Part shown: piece after piece, positions 26,501-38,500 of the stretch
Position numbering within the stretch: the first letter of the stretch is position 1
Layout: each line of letters starts with the position of its first letter
From: Balanoglossus misakiensis
Lineage: Eukaryota > Animalia > Hemichordata
Length of the DNA stretch: 64,000 nt
Direction of reading: 5' to 3'
NCBI GenBank assembly: GCA_040954595.2
Contig: CM082598.2
Location: forward strand, 8,571,097 to 8,635,096
The notes under the pieces: model-generated
The model's input: only the letters and a program-made list of their open reading frames with translations
Told to the model about the DNA's origin: nothing
Databases searched by the model: none
Program-made: the position numbers and the translations under genes

Positions 26501-29500
26501 TCATCATCCGACATCACGACTGGACAAACGAATGTATCCCACCTTAAAAAGGGAGACATGACAATATTTTGAAACTGCCACATAATGAACAGTTGTCAGA
26601 GTAGATGGACCAAAGATGTTTCAGAATCTAGTGATGAGGATGTGTTACGATCTGTATAATGGTCAAATATGATTTCAAGGGTCAATTAATCCAGAGCTCG
26701 GGAATGTCAATGTTTGATAGTATTTGATTTTATGTATTTGAAGTAGATAGGGAGAGCTGGTGTTTAACTGACTGCTCTGGTTGTCAATCATCACCGAACT
26801 GACTTTGTTATATAATGCTTTATGTAAATTGGTACGTATAGAGTTGAATTGATGCCCAATGAAATTGTAACACATTATATTTGTGATATTTTACATGGTT
26901 AACCACGCCTTGAGAAAAGTAATTATAAGAGAACCGTGTTTCCAAAGTTGGAGGGAGAATAATCTAACGGGAGATGGGAGTACCTCAGGCTACTGAGTTC
27001 GCTCCCTTCCTCGTGTACTTTACTGGGCGTATTTGATGTACTATAGTAATTCCGGACAATAAATGAACGTGAATCAGATACGTGTCTCCGTGGATCCGTC
27101 AGAGTCCGTTACCTCATCGCTACAGATTCCCCGATGCATGAACAACAATGACAAACCAGCGGTAATAGATGATGTGGCAAATGGCGCTGAAGTCACTTTT
27201 GACAAGACCTTATACGTCACTTTACTTGACCATTATGATACTGCTAAACAGTACGTTTACTGAGAATTGTTTAAAGGTCTCATGCCATGCTTTGGAAAGT
27301 TTTCATTTTTCCACGTCAAAAGCTCACCTAGGGTACCTGTCTATGCATTGCTTATTGTGTCGGTTCCGAAAAATGTGCGCGAATGCCGGAATTTGCCCCC
27401 TTTTTTCATGCCTGTGATCAGGGAGCCACTTCGCACTCGAGCCAGGCGAAGGCATTTGCATATGGACAAACAAGTACACTATGTCGTAGTGTACCATTCT
27501 GCTAACAGTAAGGTGTAATTAGCAGTCCATGAGTAATTAAGTCCACAGACAAAGACAAGCTATATAAACAGTGTTCAAAGCAAAGGAAGCCCTTGCCTCA
27601 CATTACAGGCAGAGGATTTACGAAGGTGTGAAAGACTATTTGTCCACATCAAGATAAGTCTTCGACTGAACGTCGAAAAGCCGAAAAAACTCGACTGAGT
27701 TGGGTTAGGGGTACACGCCCACCCGCCACTTTTACTTGCTTGTTATCTAAGCACAAGGGGCAAAACGCATTGCAAGATAGTAACATACGTTAACTTCAAG
27801 ACCCAAATAGTGATTTTACGCGTGGTTGTATAGGGCATGGCATGAGACCTTTAAGGTCTGGAGATTTTTACATTCTGAAGCTTGGGCCTCCCTGCCCTGT
27901 AATGATTGTATCTCAGGATTCTTATAAATAAATTAAGAGTTATCTATACAATTCTTATTTAATGCACTTGTTTGTGATTAATGTATTGGAAACAGGTGTT
28001 GTCTGTCTTTTTGGGTAAACTTTGTTACCTCCCTTAATTAAGGTTGTCCTATTTACAGTTCTTTGTGTCCACCCTTAATTAAGGTTGTCCTATTTACAGT
28101 TAATTCTAGTTAGAGCTAAACCATTTTATAAATGGGAGAGGGATCAGATTTTTAAAAAGTTTGCAAGGCACCGTCTGTAATATAAAGATGTAATAAAATA
28201 TTGGTTTTATATCATTTTCTATAATGAATGTTCGCATTAACGGTAAAGCAAAATTGTTTGTGGTCAAACTATCCCCTCCAAAATATCAACTGGTTAAACC
28301 CTTACTCTAGACACCCCGAACTATCAAATGGTTAAACCCTTACTTTAGACATCAACCAATGCTAATTAAATAATAACACATGATAGCGAGGGCAATATCA
28401 CGATTTGAAGCCTGCACGAGGGATGGTGATCTCTGACCATAATATTGATGATGCCCGAGCCGCAGGCGAGGGTATCATCAATATTGTGGTCAGAGATCAC
28501 CAGCCCGAGGGCAGGCTTCAAATCGTGATGTTGACCGAGCATAATGTGTTATTAATTTTATTACGCCGAACATTTGAACGTACATACACTGCAGCATGTA
28601 GCATGTAGACTCGCGTCCATATGTCGTACGTTGCTGAGAATGTAAAATGTCTCGATCTCCCAAGAATTATACGATACCTACTTCGAACTTAGATTATTTT
28701 GAAAATACTGCGATGTTGGTTGCGATTTTGGTGTATTTACTGCCCGTTTGCAGTAAAATATCATCCAGTTAAACAGGTGTTAAGCCTGTGTGTCGCTTTG
28801 AAGCCATAGATGCGGGAGTTGACTGATCGTGAAGGAAGCCATTGAACGACAGTTTGGAACGCGCAGAAGTCGCGCGCAGAACACCAAAACAACCCAGCGG
28901 GCAATATCAGCGCACGCGACAGGGCTTTATCAACTCTAGCCATGTTATATCACTTTTTTTTCTATATCACGTGAGCGCGTCTCAGCCAATCACGAAAACG
29001 GTATAATACGTGAGGTGTAATAAATATGGATTCACCAGTCCCCAAAACACATACATAGTCAGAAAAAACACACACACGTAGTTCAATTATTACCAAAAAT
29101 ATGCCTTGTTTCACGGTTGACGGCCATCTTGGCGGCCATCTTAGATTTCTCGAAACCCTCAATGGTGCCAAGGTGGCATCATTAAGATTTTGGTTAAGGA
29201 CATGCTATAGTTGAGTAATCTGCACACAAACATTGTGCATACTGATATATTAGGTTAGGGCATAAATCTGTATTTGGCAACCCGACATAAACGTTTAACG
29301 GAGAACAGAACGACACGTGCAAGTACGCGTACAAATCTTGTCAGGTACAAGCCTGTTTAAAAAAAAAACTAATATGGCTCCTTTTCCCCAAAAAGTAGCA
29401 ATTTGGGTATGCAAATACAGTTTGGGCGGGAAAACACTCAGCCGTGATTGGGTGACAAGTGATAACGTCCAGAACAACAGACTTCCTCAGAATAAAAAAT

Positions 29501-32500
29501 AGAACATGCAATTCACTTCTGTAAAATGTGTGTATTTTTATGTTTTCTTATCCCAAATGTTACACTATGCTGCTAAAAATCACTACCTTTGCACTATTTC
29601 TGATATTTTGTCAAGTTTGAGTTGTATGTTTTGGTAACTAACTTTATCTGTTATATCGTCTGAATTGCAAAGCACAATTTGAACATGACGCTTTACAGCT
29701 AACGCTGATTGCAATATCATTCCTACATGGGCTTACAGAACAATAGACAGTGGATGAAAGAAATTTATCGGAACCATGCCCATACAAACTTTGACTTTTA
29801 ATATTCAACGATTTTAGAAAACATAGGCAGGGTATGGTTGCACGGCTAATGATTTTTTTCGATAATGCAAACTTTGCAAGTTGGTCATGAGGCCATTCTA
29901 TAGAGATCATTATACACCGTATGATGATCATTAAAGAAACTGTACAGTAACATGTAGACATTGGAGATTTCATAAGCACACCAAAGGTGTGTGAAATGGA
30001 ATCATAATTCCATGAACAAAACCGAGTTAAGATAAAACTATGCATATCTCCAGAAATGACAATATCGCCCCAAACGTTAAGTCATTCAAGGCAAACTACT
30101 GAGCATGCTCAGAAGCACTCATCCTTCGACAAAATGGTGCATGGAAGGTAGATTCAGTTGCACTACATTTTATTTATAACTGTCTTTTTTACAGCAACAA
30201 TAACATCAACTTCGACTATAAATTGTGAATTTGTGACAGATGTCAGCAACCTCGTTATGTAGAAACAGTAAAACGTCTAGTGCAAAACTTGCACAATATG
30301 AATGCAGAGTCTGTCTATTCTAAATGTGGCAGTCTCACAAGAACACCAATTTCAGTCTCCACAGAATTTTCCATTCAGGGCCTGAAAGAGATTATAACAA
30401 TAGATTCCACCATGAAAGTGCCTTCTGGGAGGGCAGGGTGGGAAGTTATATCTTAACTCGGTTTTGTTCATGGAATTATGATTCCATTTCACATACCTTT
30501 GGTGTGCTTAGGAAATCTCCAATTCCATTTCATAAAACCTCGTTAAGATATAACTATCCATGTTTAAAGCTTATTTATTTAGTCAGTTGTATCAATTTGA
30601 ATGAAATATTGTCCCCTGAGTCAATCATACTGTTTACCTGAAGGCAATGCAATTCAGACTGTCTACCCGCAGTAGTTAGAGCCATCAGCATACACAACTC
30701 TGTTGATAATCCTTCATACTTTGGTCTGAGTTAGCACCCACATTGTTTAGGTAAGAGAGGACATGGTCTACATTCCAAGTTTCAGTGTATCTGGGCTGTG
30801 GAGGTCTGCTGTTAAACACTGCTTGTAACAGTGTTTTACCTTTGGGTGTTACCCCACTCTAAAGTTGTTATTTTGGATGGATGATCTGTAAGTATTGATT
30901 GTGCGTTACTCATACCCGTCTTTGAACAGACCTGAGGGGAAATTTAGGATATCTCCTAAAGTGGCCTGAAATGGATTAATTTGTTGTTGTTGGTGGCGTT
31001 TTTTTTTTGAAAAATGTGAGGGTCTAGCCACCAATCGCTGGAGTCTGTTACCTGATGGGATACCCAATCTGCTATTGAATTGTTCATCCCTGGGAGATGC
31101 TCTGCTGTCAGATGAATTTTGTGGGCTGGGATGTATAGCCATGTTTGTTTCAACATATTGTTCAGTGTGGGAGATTTTGTCCCCCCCCCCTTTTTTTATC
31201 ACATGAGTCACTGCAGCCCAGTTGTCCAGTTTTAGGTGCACACATGAATATTCCCTTCGTGAATGTCCAAAGGGCAAGGAATGCTGCTGTCAGTTCCAAT
31301 ACATTTTTTTTAATTACATGACGACTTCCTTCATCTTTCTTTGGGCTAGGAAAATGTGACTTATGTAATCCCCATTTTCCTGCACCGTTGGCTCGATTGC
31401 CCCTTTTGGAGTGCGAGTCTGAATTGGGATTGAAGAATACTCTACATGTCCTTTGACTGTTGAAATCATTTGTGGGTCATTCGTTAGCTTTTGCCAATTT
31501 TCAACAAACGCTTTCAAGCGACCTGCTAGAGGAAGGCCTTTGTGTACTTTTACCGGTGGGTTCAACTTTCTTATCACCGGATGAACATTACTTTCCAATG
31601 GCATTTGAGTAGTGGGATTTATTTTTGATTATTGTCCTAGCACACTTGGGGCTTACAGAACAATAGACAGTGGATGAAAGAAATTTATCGGAACCATGCC
31701 CATACAAACTTTGACTTTTAATATTCAACGATTTTAGAAAACATAGGCAGGGTATGGTTGCACGGCTAATGATTTTTTTCGATAATGCAAACTTTGCAAG
31801 TTGGTCATGAGGCCATTCTATAGAGATCATTATACACCGTATGATGATCATTAAAGAAACTGTACAGTAACATGTAGACATTGGAGATTTCATAAGCACA
31901 CCAAAGGTGTGTGAAATGGAATCATAATTCCATGAACAAAACCGAGTTAAGATAAAACTATGCATATCTCCAGAAATGACAATATCGCCCCAAACGTTAA
32001 GTCATTCAAGGCAAACTACTGAGCATGCTCAGAAGCACTCATCCTTCGACAAAATGGTGCATGGAAGGTAGATTCAGTTGCACTACATTTTATTTATAAC
32101 TGTCTTTTTTACAGCAACAATAACATCAACTTCGACTATAAATTGTGAATTTGTGACAGATGTCAGCAACCTCGTTATGTAGAAACAGTAAAACGTCTAG
32201 TGCAAAACTTGCACAATATGAATGCAGAGTCTGTCTATTCTAAATGTGGCAGTCTCACAAGAACACCAATTTCAGTCTCCACAGAATTTTCCATTCAGGG
32301 CCTGAAAGAGATTATAACAATAGATTCCACCATGAAAGTGCCTTCTGGGAGGGCAGGGTGGAAAGTTATATCTTAACTCGGTTTTGTTCATGGAATTATG
32401 ATTCCATTTCACATACCTTTGGTGTGCTTAGGAAATCTCCAATTCCATTTCATAAAACCTCGTTAAGATATAACTATCCATGTTTAAAGCTTATTTATTT

Positions 32501-35500
32501 AGTCAGTTGTATCAATTTGAATGAAATATTGTCCCCTGAGTCAATCATACTGTTTACCTGAAGGCAATGCAATTCAGACTGTCTACCCGCAGTAGTTAGA
32601 GCCATCAGCATACACAACTCTGTTGATAATCCTTCATACTTTGGTCTGAGTTAGCACCCACATTGTTTAGGTAAGAGAGGACATGGTCTACATTCCAAGT
32701 TTCAGTGTATCTGGGCTGTGGAGGTCTGCTGTTAAACACTGCTTGTAACAGTGTTTTACCTTTGGGTGTTACCCCACTCTAAAGTTGTTATTTTGGATGG
32801 ATGATCTGTAAGTATTGATTGTGCGTTACTCATACCCGTCTTTGAACAGACCTGAGGGGAAATTTAGGATATCTCCTAAAGTGGCCTGAAATGGATTAAT
32901 TTGTTGTTGTTGGTGGCGTTTTTTTTGAAAAATGTGAGGGTCTAGCCACCAATCGCTGGAGTCTGTTACCTGATGGGATACCCAATCTGCTATTGAATTG
33001 TTCATCCCTGGGAGAAGCTCTGCTGTCAGATGAATTTTGTGGGCTGGGATGTATAGCCATGTTTGTTTCAACATATTGTTCAGTGTGGGAGATTTTGTCC
33101 CCCCCCCCCCCTTTTTTATCACATGAGTCACTGCAGCCCAGTTGTCCAGTTTTAGGTGCACACATGAATATTCCCTTCGTGAATGTCCAAAGGGCAAGGA
33201 ATGCTGCTGTCAGTTCCAATACATTTTTTTTATTACATGACGACTTCCTTCATCTTTCTTTGGGCTAGGAAAATGTGACTTATGTAATCCCCATTTTCCT
33301 GCACCGTTGGCTCGATTGCCCCTTTTGGAGTGCGAGTCTGAATTGGGATTGAAGAATACTCTACATGTCCTTTGACTGTTGAAATAATTTGTGGGTCATT
33401 CGTTAGCTTTTGCCAATTTTCAACAAACGCTTTCAAGCGACCTGCTAGAGGAAGGCCTTTGTGTACTTTTACCGGTGGGTTCAACTTTCTTATCACCGGA
33501 TGAACATTACTTTCCAATGGGATTTGAGTAGTGGGATTTATTTTTGATTATTGTCCTAGCACACTTGGGGCTTTGAGCCTACTGGTAGGTAATGGAGATT
33601 TCCTTGTGGGTACCGTACCTGTTGTTTCCTTGTTGGAAAGGGCCTTGCTTCCTGTTGGGATTGAAGTTAATACGGTCCCAAAAGTGTTGCCCACCTCTTG
33701 GGGGCCCCTGTCGGAAGGGCTGAGTATTTGCCTGGAACAAGTTCCTCTTCTTTGGGGGATTGAAGTATAGGTTGGTACTGTCCAGTTCATTGGCTAACTC
33801 CCTGGCTCTCTTTTTTGACTTTGCAACTTTGGTGATCACTTTTTCAAACGCCTGGTTTTTGCAGGATGTCTTCGTGTTTAGCCAGAATCGACTTTGTGCG
33901 TTTAGGGTCCTTTGTAAGTTTAGTCAGGACCGAAATTCTACGTTGGTAGTTCAGGGAGACATTAGCTTGTCATACCAACAATACAGTTTGGTCTAGCAAG
34001 GTCAGTGTTTCATCCAAGTCTAAGCTTGGTGTGGATTCTGCAGACTTCGCTTCATGGAGATTGTTCCATAAGCAGGCCAGAGGTCTCATGCCATGGAGTA
34101 ACTTTTGTTGAATTTGGGACAGCGACCTGTCAATACCATTTTCAATGCTTGCATCTCTGGCTTGATACAGGTAGTCTATATAGCCATCGATTTTTGGTGC
34201 CTTGAGTGCTCTACTGGTTGGCACAGAATGTGGTTTTAACACATTCTTTTGTAAGGTTTTGTCTTTGATATACCTTGTGAAGTGTTTGTCCACGTATGAC
34301 TGGAAAACCGTGGGCAAATTCCACTTAGAGTCTTCGCTTTCTGGGTCAAACATGGTGTAAGCCCCTTTAGTTGTTTTCGAGGGTCGAGCGCTCAGGTCGC
34401 GCCGGGTTTTCTTTGTTCTATCAAAATGGCGTCTGCTTCTGCTGACGTCATCATCTGAGTCACTGTTAGTGGTGGCGTAGTCTGAGCTAGAACATTCACT
34501 TTTGTCTGACTTTGTCGACGAATCCGGCGATCCTAGCTCTCCATCGCTGCTAGAGTCAATGTCGCTCCCATTTTCGCGAATTTCCTCACGATTTTGGATG
34601 TTTTCTTCTGCCATCCTGTTTCCGATTTCTCACTTCATTGTCGGATTCATTGCGTTGGTCACAGACACTTGTGTTGTTTTTGTCATCTCTGCCCAGATTT
34701 TCCTGAGCTTGAGGTTCCTTTCTTGCGCTAGAGGCATCAATGGGCCCTTGTGCGCTATGCTCCCTTGAGCTAGGCATCGGGTGGCAATGTATAGTGGCTG
34801 AAAATTTGACGATTTTGATCAGCTACTGAGAAAATGCTGTCGTTAGGAGGGCAGCCATTTTGGAGAAGGATGAGTGCTTCTGAGCATGCTTAGGAGTTTG
34901 CTTGGAATGACTGAACGTTGAGGGCGATATTTTCATTTCTGGGGAGATGCATAGTTATATCTTAATGAGGTTTTATGAAATTTTATTGTAAACTTCAATA
35001 ACCATTGATCAGTGAATCCTTATATACAGGTATCGCTCGGGTAAATGTGAATGGTTCACTGACGACTGTAATAAACCACTGGGTTTAGTTTGCGAGGATA
35101 ACGGTACGTATTTTGAAACATCGGCGATAAATTGCGTTTCCTACCACCAGTGTACTTCTGTGGTGTGTATCTATTCAACATATGCCATTATACACGGAAC
35201 GTAGACAAATTCATACGCATTGTAAGTACATTCATCTGCCCGGAAAGGAGTCACATAGGAAATGTCAAAATGTATCATGGACCATTACTTGTTGTTTTCG
35301 GTGAATGGGTAATTAAAAAGTTGTATTGATCATCAACGTGTTCGTGCCATAACCAGATGAGATTATGCACATACATAACATTTTTGGGCCCAATTAATGG
35401 AAATTCGGCATATTGTCTTGCAAAAAGACATTTTCTTGGGGAGATTATGTTTCAATACATTCGTTGGATCTCTTAGAAATTTGACATTGAATGGCAAACA

Positions 35501-38500
35501 TGTCTCCTAAGAGAACGTGTGATATATTCCTGTCCTATTTTAAGTCATGAGTGCCTTCGCAATTTTCGAAATTCCATTTATAATAGTTTGCCATCCCCTC
35601 ACATCATCGACATTTTACATTTACAACATTCAGATGATGACTTACTTCTGCTGCGGGAGAGGTTGGTCAAGATAAGTAACGATGAATTCAGAACAGCAGA
35701 CGTGGTAAGAAATGTTCCAATCATGTGAGATTGATGTAATGCACTGTATTGTATAAAACCACTTAAACGTATATTAAAGGCCATTATGGAATATCAATAT
35801 TTTGTTGACAAAGCTACATACTAAATAATAGCACATAAAGCTATAAAGCCACGTACTAAATTTTTGTATTTTCTTTTTCCAGGGTATAAGTGTAATTGAC
35901 AAGTTGGACACTTTAACCTCTGACCTTTCGAAGGAAAGTGTTATATTAAAAGGAAGAATTCTGTTTGCAAAAGGTATTGTTATATTTTGTTGTTTTAACC
36001 AAGATGATTATGTGTCATCGTCCGCATCCAATATCACCAAATGATTTAAATACGATATTCGTATCAGACGCAGAAAAATAGCACCTTGCAATTATTAAGC
36101 GTATCGAAAATGCGTCAATACAGCTCGCTGGTTTCCACAAATCATGCAAACTATCGGTGACCGTCAAATATCTTACATGTAGCTAAGAGAAACTTTTAGA
36201 ATTGAACAGGTCCAACTGTTGAATAATACGCTGAATTAGAAGTGGAAAGATAGGTCTCCATTTAATCTCTTCAACATTTTCCCTTAATCGTTTTTTCCCC
36301 AATGGTTACAAGAAATGAAATCGCTTAAAGGGACAAAGTTTATCTCTCAGTGCCCTTTTTCCATTGATTATGTTTGATACAAGACACCGTTTATGTTATT
36401 CTACATGTGAATATATAGTGAATCAATATTCTACCACACACCTTCCATCTCGCTTGTAGTCACGAGAGTGAAACAACTCGCCAAAATGAATAATCGGTCT
36501 CTACCATTTATTCATTTTGTGCGGATTTTTACTCTCATATCCTACAAGCGAGATGGAAGTTTTGTGTGGTCAAACCTTGATTCACTATATATTCACACGT
36601 AGAATAACATAAACAGGGTCTTGTATCAAACGTAATAAATGGAAAAGGGCAGTGCGATAGAGACTTTGTCCCTTTACTATTTTTCGGGCATTGGTGTAAA
36701 GCCGAGACTGGCAGTCAGACAGAGTGAGATACTTTATAATGCCAATGATTACATGTTTCAGAAACACTGAATGTCATACAAAATGTGATAGAAAGAATGC
36801 AGTCCCTAATTGACGACAATCCGAGCGACAAGCTGAATCCCGGGGAGGCAAATCACCTGACAAAGAAAATAATGAAAGTACTCCACCAGTTATCAATGTT
36901 CATACTGAACGAGGCTAATTATGGACATGGACCAATCATCGTGAAAACTTCTTCTCTTGTGCTGCATCTGGAAATGAACTTTGTGCAGGACTTGTGCAAC
37001 GCCAATGTAATGATTGGAGATGGAAGTGGATTCAATATTCCACCAGCAGACAGTATGTTTCCACAATTGCCACGGGACTCAGTCTTGAACAGGCTGGTTT
37101 GTATACAAGTCGATAATCAGAAGACAATCTTACTTTCGTTTTCTATCACACATTGCTCTATTCGTGTCTATTGATAGTTGTCTAACTATTGGTCTTTAGG
37201 ACTCTTCCGCCAGTCAAGTCATTATGGAAATGTATTATAAGCAGATATTTCTGTTGAGTTAGTGCACCCGTTGTCATATTTTACAAAATAAGTCCATAAA
37301 CATTTTTAATTTTGATCTTCGGTTTAAAGAACGATTACGTTGTTGTCATAATGCGTTCAGTTGCACGAGGAATAATTATTATTTTAGATCTTCCGTTTTG
37401 GTGGGAACATCCACAGATTGGCAAATAGGACACATGGCTTCACTACCGATATGCTGTCCCTGGAATTCAGAGATGAAGATGGTAATGAGATTAAAGGTTG
37501 GTTTTCATTAAGGCCATCAGTGGTATCCTAATATTCACATGGAACTCGCAAAAATACTTCAAATCTTTGGAAACAACGTGCATTTCAGTTATAGATTGGG
37601 CTTGGGCATCAGCAGTGTCATAATAAAAAACTTAATATTGTGGATATTATGAGGTTATTACGAAAATACCGCAAAGTATGCACGAGGACATTAGCGCCCA
37701 GTATCGCCCGACGCGTAGCGGAGGGCGATGCGCTGTGCTAATGTCCGAGTGCATACTTTGCAGTATTTTCGTAATAACCTTATTATTATAAATCTTACAT
37801 CTCCGCTAGTTCTTGTGTTGCATGTTACTTGGCTTTCAAAACGCCCAAAATGCCGATACAACCCACACCCACCCCATTCATTCTCCGCCACATTTCATTT
37901 TTTGCTGGTTTGTCTAGTGTACCAGGGCAGAGTGCTTGCCATCCCAACCCCACCAATGATAATATTTAACAAAGTGAATACATAAAGGAGAATAATTGTG
38001 CTGAACTGATAGTTTCGCGCTGCATCTTCTATGTACTAGAAGTTTTATAAATGATGTCATGACAAGATGACGCCAAATCTTCTAACTTTGAGTGGAGTGG
38101 CAAAAAGTAAAATTGGTCCTCCCAAACATTGAGATAATTTGCTTTTGAGTTCATTAAAATGCAACTTTGCGCTACATATTTTACAAAATTTTCTTAGGTG
38201 CGAGGGGGACACCCCCTCCCGCACCCACCCCCTCCATTCTTCGTCACATTGCATTTATTCACTGGTTTGTCTAGTGTACCAGGGTAGACTTCTTGCCACC
38301 CCACCCCGATGCTTAATTTTAGTGGAGTGGCAAAATTAAAATTTGTCCTCCCTAATAAACATTGAGTTAATTTGCTTTTGAGTTCATTAAATTGCAACTT
38401 TGAGCACTGTATTTTACAAAATGTTCTTATGTGGGAGGGGGGCACCCCCTCCCACGCCCACCCCCGTCACTTTTCTTGTTTTACCGATTCTAGCAACTAT

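Larger units (their letters stand above)
25321..29250 (-). mobile_element. Academ-like DNA transposon deletion derivative
   Basis: ~180-bp inverted repeats (25348-25525 and 29072-29250) and a TAG start. A minus-strand remnant LPPTPEAFDENVKRAH..Q.W followed by a degenerate Cys cluster (about 25790-26200) resembles the XPG/Cys8 C-terminus of Academ transposases. Confidence 0.6.
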
